Below are positions 12,400-23,740 of a DNA stretch of 64,000 bases, piece by piece. Source of the stretch: Felis catus (taxonomy: Eukaryota); the NCBI RefSeq assembly GCF_018350175.1, contig NC_058369.1:124001-188000 (forward strand). Reading direction: 5' to 3'. The translations under genes and the position numbers were made by a program. How positions within the stretch are numbered: position 1 is the stretch's first letter; every line of letters starts with the position of its first letter. The notes under the pieces are model-generated. The model was given only the letters and a program-made list of their open reading frames with translations. It was not told where the DNA came from and did no database searches.

Positions 12400-13100
12400 A
12401 AGCCCCCGGCCTCCAGCAACAGGGCTCCTTCTCGCAGAGGGATCCCAGCGCCCCTAGCCGCGATCCCGGCCCCGCGGGGAAGAGAGCAGGAACCCCGCGG
12501 CCTCGGACTCCGGTCCCAGAGACACCCCTCTGTGCACTCATGCCGCGCGTATCTATCGAGCGCCTGCTGCCTCCCGGGTTCCGCACGCAGATCCCGGGTT
12601 CAGGACCTCTCGCTGCCTCCCCGACACTGGCCCCGCGGCCGCGCGACCGAGACGTCGGGCCGGTGCCCACCCCAGAGGGCTGGGGGCGGGGGGCGAGCAC
12701 CGCAGTTCCTCGCGCGACCTCGCAAGCTGCCAGGTGCCCACAGCACGCGCCCCTGCCCCCGCGGGTCCGCGGTTCGGAGCCCTGCAGGCGCTGTGCGCGG
12801 TGCTTTGTGGGAAACACCGACCGGGGTCCGCGGCATGCCGGGAGTTGTAGTGCGGCAGCGCGGGGCGAGCGCAGGGCCCGCCGGGACTTGTGGGCGGGAC
12901 CGGGGCCGGAAGGCCGGATGCGAACGTGCTGCGGGGCTGGGGCGCCTCTGCCGACGGCAAGATTCGCGATGTCCCGCTGGCTAAGAAGATCGTCACCGAG
13001 GACGGCGGCGCAGAAAGTGCCCGAGCCCCTGCCCAGCCCTGACCCTAGGCGCCGGCCCGATCCGGAACCCTACCCCAACCCTAACCATACTGGGCACCCA
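12400..13100 (+). promoter_or_regulatory. Orphan CpG-island promoter not adjacent to any intact gene
   Basis: CpG-dense; GCATGCCGGGAGTTGTAGT 12833-12851 (ZNF143/THAP11-type ACTACAAnTCCC composite on the minus strand), GGGCGGGA GC box, ETS CCGGAAG 12906-12912, TCCTCGCGCGA. Confidence 0.75.
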
Positions 13101-16100
13101 TAGCCCGTGTGGACGGGCCGGGAGTTCAGTCTTATCCTTGGACGCTGAACCCCCTCCTTTCCCAGAAGCCCCAAAGCCAGCTCGGTCCACCCAGGCCCCT
13201 GTCGCAGACACCCGGGCACAGTCCTGCAACCTCAGCTCCCACCTTCCTCGCAGAACCACCTCCATGCTCTGAACTTGGCCCCGCCTCATCACTCAGACAG
13301 AACTGCTAGACTCCCGTCCGTGCCATCCGTGGCCTAACTCATGTCGCAGGTGCAGACGCCTGAAAGAAGCTTCCTGGGCAAGAGACCTTCTCTGAAGGGC
13401 TCTGGTGTGGGCGCCGACCGTGACCCCCGGCCTCAGCCTAACCCTAACCCCGACCTCAATCCCTACCCCTCCACCATCGTCACCCATCCAGCATTTCCCA
13501 ACCTCTGAAGTTCCCAGCACTGCTGGCATTGGGGCTCGATTGTTCTCTGGGCCCCGTGGGGGGGCGGGGGGGGGTTGAGCAGTAGCAGCCCCTATTGCCA
13601 TGCCAGGAGCACCCCCCCCCCCACTCCCGACAACCACCTGCCTCTGCTACATATCACCCAGGATCACCAGGGTAAGAACCACTGTCCTAGTGTGATAAAA
13701 CACCAGGGGTTCCCAGGTCTTAGCCTGCAGGTAGGTGGAGGAGAGGGGAGCTACCCACCTAACCAAAGGACATTTGCATTCTGTGCCCAAGACAGGCCAC
13801 AAACCCAGCCTGAGGACAGAGCCCCCTGCCCACTAGAACACACAGCTCACTTAAATGCTCCAGCAACCATGTTGAAAAAAACACAGTGAAAAAGGGACAT
13901 AAATAGCATCTGGCTGACTCAGTCAGGGGAGCATGCGACTCTTCTTGTTCTAGGGTTGTGAGTTTGAGCCCCACATTGGTGGAAAGATTACTTAAAAAAA
14001 AGTTTTAGGGGCGCCTGGGTGGCGCAGTTGGTTAAGCGTCCGACTTCAGCCAGGTCACGATCTCACGGTCCGTGAGTTCGAGCCCCGCGTCAGGCTCTGG
14101 GCTGATGGCTCGGAGCCTGGAGCCTGCTTCCGATTCTGTGTCTCCCTCTCTCTCTGCCCCTCCCCCGTTCATGCTCTGTCTCTCTCTGTCCCAAAAATAA
14201 ATAAATAAATAAAACATAAAAAAATTAAAAAAAAAGAATTAACATTCTAAAAAAAAAAAAAAGTCTTAGGGCACCTGGGCAACTTAGTTGGTTAAGCCTC
14301 TAACTCTGATTTCAGATCAGGTCATGATCTCTTGAGGCCAAGTGTGGCGGGCTCCGCTGGGCATAGATCCTGCTTAAGAGTCTCTCTCTCCCTCTGCCTC
14401 TGCCCCTCCCCAGCTCATGCTCTATAAATCAATAAATCAATACATAACTTTCTAAAAAAGTAGCATAGGGGCACCTGGGTGGCTCAGTTGGTTAAGCGTC
14501 TGACTTCCTTAAGCTCAGGTCATGATCTCACAGTTCATGAGTTTGAGCCCCGCATCAGGCTCTCTGCTGTCAGCATGGAGCCTGCCTCTGATGCCCTGTC
14601 CCTCTCTTTCTGCCCCTCCTCTGCTCACTCTCTCTCTTTCAAAAATGAATAAGCCTTTTTTTATTTAAGTTTATTTCTCTTGAGAAAGAGGGAGAGCACA
14701 CTCGAGCAGGGGAAAGGCAGAGAGAGGGCAAGAAAGAATCCCAAGCAGCCTCCTCGATGTCAGTGCAGGGCTCCAGCCCACGAACCAGGAGATCATGACC
14801 CGAGCCGAAAGCAAGAGTCAGACACTTAACTGACCGAGCCGCCCGGTGCCCCCAAAATAAATAATTTTTTTTTAAACTTTAAGGGGCACCTGGGTGGTTC
14901 AGTCAGTTAAGTGTCAGCTTCCGGGTCAGGTTATGATCTCACGGTTCATGAGTTCGAGCCTCGAATCAGGCCCTCTGCTGTCAGTGTGGAGCCTGCTTCG
15001 GATCCTCTGTCTCCCTCTCTCTCTGCACCTTCTCCACTCGCATTCTCCCTCTCTCTCTCTCAAAAATAAACATTTTGATAAAAAATTAAAAGGTAGCATA
15101 AATAAAATGAGTTTTATAGAATATAAGATAAAATGTATTTTATATATAGTATATTCAAAGTACAGTGGTTTCAATATGTAATCAATATTTTTAAAAAATT
15201 TTAACATTTATTTTTGAGGCAGAGAGAGACAGAGCATGAACAGGGGAGGGTCAGAGAGAGAGGGAGACACAGAATCCGAAACAGGCTCCAGGCTCTGAGC
15301 CGTCCGCACAGAGCCCGACGCGGGGCTCGAACCCACGGACCGTGAGATCATGATCTGAACTGAAGTCAGACGCTTAACCAACTGAGCCAGCCAGGCGTCC
15401 CTCAACATATAATAAATATTAGGATGTGTGACATTCTTCATACTAAATCCTCAAAGTTTACTCTGTATTTTCCACTTATGTGCATTTTACATTTAATTTT
15501 CATTGGATGTTTTTCATCTATAAGATTTAACAAAATTGCAGATGAAAAACAGATTCACAAAGCCAAGTTGTTCCAAACATACTTAAAAGTTTTCTAGTAC
15601 TTGAGTCAAGTATCTACTTGTAAGTTGAAACTTTAATTCAGAATTATATTTCAGGTGGTCAGTAGGGACAAGTCACTGGCGGTGCTGCCCTGGCCTCCGT
15701 TCACGGTGTGGCCCAAAGCTGTCACTTCGCCAGCCCGGCCCTCCGGTGGTTGCTGGGCCAGGCTGATGTAGCACGTGGCTGGAATCACCCAGCCACGGAC
15801 CCGGTGACCCATGGGCAAATCCTTCTGAACGATGTGAATTTACCACCACATCTGCGTGGATGGATATGGGCACGGATGGGGATGGGGAAAGGATGGCCCA
15901 CCGCCTCACCGCCTCACAGAGAAGCCAAAGAGTCACCAGCACTGCATCTTTCTGGGGCACAGCAGTGACTGCCTCGTCAGGTACAGCTGGTCCCCACTCC
16001 GTGACTGCTGTGGTCGGCACAGTCAGCCCGAGGGGAGAATGGTGAGGGCACTCAGTCGGGGCAGGACAAATGAGCGGGTGTCCACATGACGGACATGTGC

Positions 16101-16799
16101 ACAGGTAGAGGCACAGGCGACGGGCAGATGGATGGACAGACGGTCAAGGAGTGGAGAGATAGATGGATGGACAGTGGTGGGTGACACACGGACAGATGGG
16201 CAGATCTCTGGTTAGACTGACAGGACTGGCCCCAGAACTCCACCCTGGTCTGCCCGTGCCTCCTAGGGTCACTTTGGGCCTGTTCTGCCCCCTGCCCTGA
16301 GGGGCATCTGGGAGGGGCGCTGACTCATCTGCAGTTCTGGCCCCAGGCGTCATGCAGAACATGACTGCCGGCATCCGTGGCCTGTGCAAGAGGCTGCCCC
16401 CCCCCCCCCAACTACAGCTTTGTCTTCCATCTGTCCCGCGTGGAGCTGAGCAAAATGGTGGTCCGGGGCCCCAGACAAAGTCAGTACCAGCATGGCAAAC
16501 CCTTTGGACAAACCCTTGACCATCCTGCGTCCCACATGTCTACCTGCCTGCCTCCAGGGACACCCACATTGACCTCTGATGCTCCCGGTCTTCTCACTGG
16601 CGCATCACCCTGGGCCACCCTTCCCCTTCGGCACCTCCTCTGTTCTCCTCGAGCTCCTGGTCACCCTTTTGACCTCCCCCCGCCCCCAGCACAATCACCT
16701 GCCCTGCAGCCCAGTGCCCACAACAAGCTTGGTGGTGGGTCCCCAAGGTGTCCCACAGCCCTTCGGGTGGGGCCCCCATCAGCAAGAAGCCGCTGCTAG
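12918..16799 (+). pseudogene. Candidate decayed multi-exon gene of unknown identity
   Basis: Coding-like GC3-rich segments with splice signals: 12918-about 13017, 13350-13404, about 13607-13671 (AGG|GTAAGA), 15655-16041 (tttcag| ... ATG|GTGAGG), 16347-16799 (ccccag|); several in-frame stops and probable frameshifts. Confidence 0.4.
13905..15401. mobile_element. Cluster of about 7 CanSINEs in mixed orientation
   Basis: + copies near 13908, 14008 (young), 14267, 14467, 14883; minus copies 14660-14853 and 15190-15401. Confidence 0.9.
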
Positions 16800-19689
16800 A
16801 GGACAGCACGGCCTGACTTAGCAACAGGGCCTGAGGCCAGGGGTTACAGTCCTGGGAGCACTGGCCTCACCAACTCCTGCTCAGGTCCCCCAGCCTCGGG
16901 GTGATGGAGCCAGCACCCCAAAATCAGCTGTCACCAAGATGTGCCTTCCGGCTCCTCAGGGCCTAAGGATCCTCAGGGCACCCCCAACCTTGCCTATTCA
17001 ACTCCCTCAGCGCTACCCCAGCCTGAGGTCCCCCTGGTGGGGGGACCCGCCACAGTCCCCAAGGACACCGGGCCCAGCTGCGGGGCCTTTGCAGACTACC
17101 CCAACCCCACCCCGCACTGGGTGCCTCCGTTCAGTCTGAATCAGATATCACAGCCCAAAGCCTCTGCCCCCTTGATGCTCATGACAACTTAAATCTCAGG
17201 TCCTCAGACAGGCCCCAAGGGGTCAGGGAGGGTGTAGACCCCCGGGTCTAACAGCCCTGCCTGTGACAGCTACCTGGCCACCACCAGTTTGGGGCTGAGC
17301 TTCACAGAAAGAGACTCATGCAGTGTTGTCCTTCATGAGCATTCAGTGTTCATTATTTACTTGGGGCTCTGGCCCCCAACCTTGGTGCCCTGGGGATCAT
17401 CCCTCCTGCCATGCTCCCTTGGTTAGCTCAGCCAGGCAACTTCAGGGCAATTTTGCCAGCCCTCCAGAGCCTTCTGTGTGGGTCTTTATTGAAGAATCAT
17501 TCACAGCCTCCATAGCCTTCTCCACCATCGCTGAGACCCACAGAAGCAGAGAGTGACCACAGGAGGGGGGGCATGTCCTAGGTCTGGGGTCCTCCAGCAC
17601 CAGAGCTAGATGAAGGACCCCAGAAGACCCTGCCCTCATGGCTCCAGCCCACATCAAAGAAAGAGCTGTGAGCCCCCAACTGACCAGTAGCACCAATGAG
17701 TGGAGCTGGCCCAGCCCCGGTGGGAAGGGTGTCCCTGAAGAGAATGGGCACCTCTGGGGGGCTGGGCGAGTGGTCTCCCCTGGATACCCTCTGAGGAAGC
17801 CAGCACCCCCCCCCCCCAGAGAACTACTGCTATCATAGGAAGGTAGAGTCCAGGATGACAAGTCTTGGGTGGGGGGAGGCTGGGACCCTCCATGGGAAGG
17901 AGGTTTCCTGCCAAGGCCACTGAGGACTTCATCCTGGGCGGGGACAATGCCGGGAAGGAGGGGGGGATCTGCAGGCAGGCACTGCAGGAAGCTCAGGTTG
18001 GGGGGGGGCAGGGGATGTAGGGGAGGACCTCAGTCCCCACCCAGGCGGCTCCATGGGCTCAGTCTCCTAACAATGAGACCAGATATCCCAGATGCAGGCG
18101 CGAAATGCCGTTCAGTCCCCTCCAGTGCTGGTCCTGGGTTCCCAGAGTTCCCCCCCCCCCCCAGGGTCCACCTCGACCCTCTCTCCAGGCCCTGTCCCGT
18201 CCCTCTTCCCCCCCTCTCTCCCCTCCCCCCACCCCAGGTTCCAGCTCCTCCTCACCTCTGCCCAGAACCCTCTTAATCTGATCAGCCCATACCAGCGGTG
18301 ATTAGAGCTGTGAGTGTCCTTGAGCGTGAGGGTCTGTCATCCACGCAGGTAGAGCGTTTGGGGCTTGGAATGAGCACCATGGAGCACTGGTGATGGGTGG
18401 GGAGGCATAGCCCAGAGAGCTGGGTCACACCCTACAAGAGGCCTCAGCAGGGACGGAAGCAGGAAGCAGGGTCAGGGGCTGGGAAGAGGCCCATTCACCG
18501 GGCCCACTGCCCCCTGCCCGGGTTAAGAGCCCAGCTTCCCGAGAAAGGCCCGCACCTCTGGCCTGGGGAGGGCCGCACCTTGGAGTCCACCTTCCTGTGC
18601 CGCTTTCCCGGCACAAGGCTCGAGGGGGATGGGACCAAGGAAGACAGGACTCAGCTCACACAGACGCCTCAGTTTCCCCCCTGTGCTACCAGCCCCCGCT
18701 CTTGTGCCTCGGTTGCTGCCTCTGGCAAATGAGACACTGAGAGGACACAGGCGCAGGGCTAGTGGCCCATCGACACCTCATTGCCGGGGAAACTGAAGCT
18801 GCTCGGGAAAGACTCTGAGGAGGCAACCTTTGGGCCGAGACGGCACAGGGTGAGGGCACAGCCACGCCAAGGCCCTGAGGCTGCCCGACCCTGCAAGGCT
18901 CCCGGCAAGTGAGGATTCTTCCCTTTATGCCACAGGCAGCCTTGCGGTGTGAGTCACCGTGCGCAGAGAGGTGTCACTCTGGGTGCTGGTGATGCATGGC
19001 CACAAAGGACAAAGAAACGAGGCCAGGCTGAGAGGCAAGAGGAAACCGTGGACGGATTTCTCAGGACTCACTGATGACAGCTGTGAGTGGGGAGCCTGGC
19101 CAGAGTCCCTTCCCAGGCCTCCCTGTGGATCTCAGTACCTGTGTGGAACACAGCAGGGAGGTCCCAGACTCCCAAGGGCCAGAGCTGTCTTACCTGAGGG
19201 CAGACAAGCTCAGAGGCGGCGGCGGTACCTGTCTCAGCTCCATCACCCCCAGGAGACCCTCCCGTCTCGGAGAACATGACCCCTAGGAGACCCCCACCAC
19301 CCCAAAATCCTCACCCCGAAGGACCCCTCTTTCAGGAGGCCCCACCCCAGAAACCGCCCCCCCAGGAGCCCACCCCAGAGACTCTGGCCGCCAGGAGGCC
19401 ACCTCCCACCCACCCATCTCTGCACTTCCCGGGGGTAAGGAGGCTACTCTCCACCCCCGCCCCCGCTCAGCCTCCCCTGGCCTGGTTCTAATTTCCATTC
19501 GGTTGACCTCAACTGCCACCCCTCTCTGGCTTCCAGCCTCCAATCTTCCGGTCTCTCAAACTGGCGTGCGCTCATACCTTCCCGCTCCCGCTCCCTCTGT
19601 TCTGACTTCGGCCAGGAGGTCCCCCCGCCCCCCATCTCTGGCCCCGGGCCTCTGCCTCGCAGCGCCGCGTCGCCTCCAGGGTCGGGGGT

Positions 19690-19810
19690 CAGGACGGGAA
19701 ACCCCCTCGGGAAACCCCCAGGGACTCGCTGGAGGAGGGGGCGGCGGGAAGCAGCCGGGTCACCACTATTTAAGCCAGTCCTGTTGGGCGGGGGAAAGAG
19801 CCGGACCGGC
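19690..19810 (+). promoter_or_regulatory. MADCAM1: MADCAM1 proximal promoter: tandem NF-kB sites and TATA box
   Basis: GGGAAACCCC at 19696-19705 and 19709-19718, GC box GGGGCGG, TATTTAA at 19767-19773. Confidence 0.75.
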
Positions 19811-19871
19811 ATGGACCAGAGCCTCTGCCTCCTGCTCCCCTTCTTCCTGGGGCTCCTCCATCGAGGCCTCG
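19811..19871 (+). CDS. MADCAM1: MADCAM1 exon 1 (signal peptide)
   Basis: MDQSLCLLLPFFLGLLHRGL-G, donor G|GTCAGC; TATA-like TATTTAA about 40 nt upstream. Confidence 0.88.
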
Positions 19872-20064
19872 GTCAGCAAGGGAAGGGGCCCCGTTAGGGG
19901 AGCGAGTTTGGGGCCCGGGGCGGGGTGGGGGGGGGGGGTTGCTGGCACAGGGAGGACTCGAGCAGGGCGGCGGGGAGGCCGCTGAGGACCCTAAGGCGGG
20001 GACAAGGGGGTCCGCCGCTGGGGTGGGGGTGGGGGACAGGGCTGAGAGCGCCGTCTGCCCGCAG

Positions 20065-20337
20065 GTGGGCCCCTGGAGGTGGAGCCCCCAGACCCGGTGG
20101 TGGCGGTGTCCTTGGGCGGGTCGCGGCAGCTCACCTGCCGGCTGGCCTGCGCCGGCCACCGGGCGCCCTCGGTGCAGTGGCGCGGCCTGGACACCAGCCT
20201 GGGCGCCGTGCGGTCGGACGCAGGCCGCAGCGTCCTCACCGTGCACAACGCCTCCCTGTCGGCGGCGGGCCCGCGCGTGTGCGTGGGCTCCTGCGGGGAC
20301 CTGACCTTCCAGCGGACCGTGCAGCTCCTGGTGTTCG
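20065..20337 (+). CDS. MADCAM1: MADCAM1 exon 2 (Ig domain 1 with the LDTS integrin alpha4beta7-binding motif)
   Basis: GPLEVEPPDPVVAVSLGGSRQLTCRLAC...WRGLDTSLGAV...CVGSCGDLTFQRTVQLLVF; canonical AG/GT, 273 nt, phase 1-1. Confidence 0.96.
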
Positions 20338-20544
20338 GTGAGCTCCCAACCCCCCCTGCCGCCCTCGCACTTTCCGCGGCCCAGCAGCCCTGCCCTGCCC
20401 TGCCCGGTCCGATACTGCGTTTTCCTGGGCGCCCTCCCAGATTGCCCAGCCCGCCCCCCACCCCGATCAAAGACTGCCCCAGCTCAGCCTGAGTCACTCA
20501 GCAACCCATTCCCCGCCCTCCTCACCCCCCCTCCCCCCGCCCAG

Positions 20545-20730
20545 TGCCCCTCCTGACTCCGGCCCCTTCTGCTCTGCTCTGTTCTCCCCCCACCCCGCCC
20601 CTCCTGCCTCCTGCCCCTTCTGCCCTGCTCTGTTCTCCCCCCCCACCTGACTCCCGCCCCTTCTGCTCTGCTCTCCTCACCCCCCACCCCACCCCTCCTG
20701 ACTCCCAACCCCTCTGCTCTGCTCTCCTCT
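20545..20730 (+). repeat. Degenerate about 50-bp pyrimidine-rich tandem repeat in MADCAM1 intron 2
   Basis: About 4 copies of cctgactcc-gccccttctgctctgctct-ctcccccc. Confidence 0.8.
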
Positions 20731-20902
20731 TCAGCATCTTGCACTCTGGACACACGAGCTGTGGCCGCTGGGCCTTCCCCTCACCCTATGCACCAGCGGC
20801 CCCCACTCACCCCTTGGCCCTGCCCTCAAGTCTCCTCCTCAGGGCCCGGTGCTGACCTACGGGCTAAGCCCACCTGGCCCCAACCCTCTGTCCATTCTGC
20901 AG

Positions 20903-21226
20903 CGTTCCCAGCCCAGCTGACCGTCTCCCCAGTAGCCCTGGTGGCCAAGCAGGACCGAGAGGTAGCCTGCACAGCCCACAACGTCACGCCCGTCAGTCCC
21001 GAGGCCCTCTCCTTGTCCCTGCTCCTGGGGGACCGAGAACTGGAGGGGGTGCAGGCCCTGGGCCGGGATGTGGAGGAGGAGCCCCAGCAAGGTGAGGACC
21101 TGCTGTTCCGAGTGACAGAGCGCTGGCTGTTGCCCCCCCTGGGGACCCCCACCCCACCCACCCTCCACTGCCAGGCAACCATGAAGCTGCCTGGCTTGGA
21201 GCTGAGCCACCACCAGCCCATCCCAG
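20903..21226 (+). CDS. MADCAM1: MADCAM1 exon 3 (Ig domain 2)
   Basis: AFPAQLTVSPVALVAKQDREVACTAHNVTP...LFRVTERWLLPPLGTP...CQATMKLPGLELSHHQPIP; 324 nt, phase 1-1. Confidence 0.96.
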
Positions 21227-21599
21227 GTGAGTCTTCGGGGTTCTGGACAGCCTGCACTCGGTGTCCCCAGGAAGTAGGTGAAGTCACCCAGCTCCTATGT
21301 GCCTTGATGAGTGCTGCCCAGGGGCTCTTCTGGAACCCTGGCTCCACCCCTCACCTGCTGTGTCCCGGTCACAATTCCCACAGCAGGTGGGGCTATCAAA
21401 TGCCACCAGAGTGACGTTCCCTACTCATCTCTTCAGTCATTCAACAGATTTATTGAGCACCTACCCTGTGTCGGACCCCTGACATCCTGTCCTACTTTGC
21501 CCACAGTCCTCCAGGGCTCCTACCTCCCTCAGGGTAAAAAAAAACAAAAAAAACAAAAAAACAAAAAAACAACAAAAAAAAAAACAACCAATCCTCCTT

Positions 21600-22190
21600 C
21601 ATCCACGGGGCCTTGAATGACCTGTCACCTCCTCCCTCTTCCTCCATCACCCTGCTCCAGCCACATGAGCCTCCCAGCTGCTCCTCCAACAGGCCAGATG
21701 CAGTCCTGCCTCAGGACCTTTACACATGCTCCAGCCTCCACTGGGAATGCTCTTCCCCCAGCTGTGTCCATTGCTCCATCACTCACTTTCCTCGGGTTGC
21801 CTTCCCAGTGAGGCTTTTCCTGACCTGTCTGAAGGGTCAAAGCACCATTACTGTCCCTTACACATGTATGTGTACACACACGAGCCATGTGACTTCTCTT
21901 ATTGTATATTCTTTGACACTTTTTATCACTATCTGGCATCCCGGATTTTCTCTTCATTTTTTTCGCATTGTCTGTCTCCCCTACTGTTGGCTTCGCTGAG
22001 ATAGGAATATGTTTTATTCACGGCTACGTCCCCAGTGGCTAAAACAGTGCCCAACACATAGTAAGTATTCAACAGATACATTCCGAATGAGCGGATGGGT
22101 AGACGGAAGGACAGATGAAATCACGGTGCCTGGCACGTGGTAGGTACGCAGTAAATACTTGCTGAATGAATGAACAAATGAAAACATTTA
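21600..22190 (+). mobile_element. L2 fragments in MADCAM1 intron 3
   Basis: gcctcaggacctttacacatgctcc...ctgggaatgctcttcccc...aaaacagtgcccaacacatagtaagtattcaacagatacatt...gaatgaatgaac. Confidence 0.65.
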
Positions 22191-22922
22191 ACTTGGGGCT
22201 AAGAACACAGCAGGTGCTCAGTTCGTATCAGACATTATTAATTTAACAACGTGTCTAATGTGGGAGGGGCCCTGCCCACATCATGAAGCCCCTGGCAGGC
22301 TCTCATTAAAAAAGCACAAATCCCTTCTCCAGCAGGGCACCCTGAAACTCATGTTACTGCACTTGGGGTCTTCGGGGTGGGGGTAGATCAAGGGAGCTCC
22401 CCGGGGCGGGGGGGATTGATTGGAAGGGGCGGGGTGCAGGGAAGGGGTGGTGGGAGAGCACACAGAGAGGCCACTGGATCTGAAAGGTGCTTTCTGGTAA
22501 GATGTACAAACCCCTCCTGGGGCTCAGCCTCCCATCTCCAGCACAAGGGATGAGCAGAGAGCCCCGGCACCCTTCACTTTGTCAGGGAGCACCTCCCCTC
22601 TGTCCACCTACTAGCCCTGTAATTTATAAAAGCCAGTACTCACCAAGCCCACACCCTGATTACTCTCCACGGCACCCCTAGGATGGGTGGTTCTCACCCC
22701 CTTTACCACTGAGGAAATTGAGGTGCAGAGGTTCAGATGCTTACTCAGAGTGGGGAGAGGACCGAGACAGGCCCTGGCCCCACTCCTACCCACTGGGATA
22801 CCCTTCGATTTGCCCAAGTGGCCCAGGATGGGGCCACAGGGTCAAACCCTGTGGTCTAAATGGAGAGGCAGGCAGGAGAAGGGGCCTGGGGCAGGAGAAA
22901 AAACAACTCCCCTGTTTTCCAG

Positions 22923-23297
22923 TCCTGCATAGGCTGACCTCCCAGGAGCCCCCTGTAACGACCTCCCCCAAGGCCGCCCCAGAGCTGAGCTCCACCCACA
23001 GCCCCAGGAGTCCTGGGCCCCCGCCTGGGAACAGCTCCACCAGGCCCTGTCGCCCTGAGATCCACCAGTCACCAGCACCGGGGGGTCTGGAGCTACTGTG
23101 TGAGGCAGCCTGTGGCCCCGGTATGTCAGCGAGCTGGACCCAGGCCCCCGGGGGTCTTGAAGCCTACGAGAGGCAGGAGGCTGGGGCCCTGGCTCGGCTG
23201 AGCGTGCTGTGGGCCAGGTGCAACCCTGAAGGCTGGTTTCAGTGTCGCCTGGACCCAGGGGGACAGATGGCCAGCCTCTACCTGGTCCCTGAAATCT
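22923..23297 (+). CDS. MADCAM1: MADCAM1 exon 4 (short mucin stalk plus third Ig-like domain)
   Basis: VLHRLTSQEPPVTTSP...RPCRPEI...LLCEAAC...WFQCRLDPGG...LVPEI; ttttccag| acceptor, T|GTGAG donor, 375 nt, phase 1-1. Confidence 0.9.
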
Positions 23298-23509
23298 GTG
23301 AGTTCTGGGGGCTAGGGAGGGGGCTGGGGGAGCCTCAGAGGGAGGAAAGCCTTGCATCAAGACCTTAGACAAGGAATGGTCCCGCCCGGCTTCAATTGCC
23401 CAAACTGTCCAGTGGGCTTCCCAAATGTAAGATCACGCTTACCTGGCAGGGCGAGGACTGTAAATCTAAGGGACTGTGTAGATTTCACAGCACTTTGTAA
23501 ACTCTAAAC

Positions 23510-23740
23510 TTTGTAGCCTACAACAGCCTATAGAATAGAATACAGCCACTTAGGTCATTTCAAATTTGCTAGTAGCCACATTCAGAACCATAAATGAGAC
23601 ATCTTACATTCTTTTCTCCTTTTTTCAAACTAAGTCCTCAAGACGTGGTGTGGATTTTACGCTGACCTCACTTCCCATTCACACATGCCATATTTCAAAC
23701 ACAGGCATGGGGGGCGGTCACCTCACTGGACAGCCCGTTT
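23510..23740 (+). mobile_element. MER33-like fragment in MADCAM1 intron 4
   Basis: tttcaaatttgctagtagccacatt...gagacatcttacattctttt...ctaagtcctcaagacgtggtgtggattttac. Confidence 0.55.

Noticed and set aside
16349-16816. Alternative frame GVMQNMTAGIRGLCKRL...PISKKPLLEDSTA* for the last segment of the decayed gene
   Set aside because: It has three internal stops and weaker codon signal than the NYSFVFHLSRVEL frame; it cannot be excluded without homologues, so it was not reported separately
19276-19434. Pro-rich ORF with a GG|GTAAGG donor upstream of MADCAM1
   Set aside because: Low-complexity caggagNCCC repeats; phase 0 does not fit the phase-1 MADCAM1 exon 2; at most a non-coding alternative first exon
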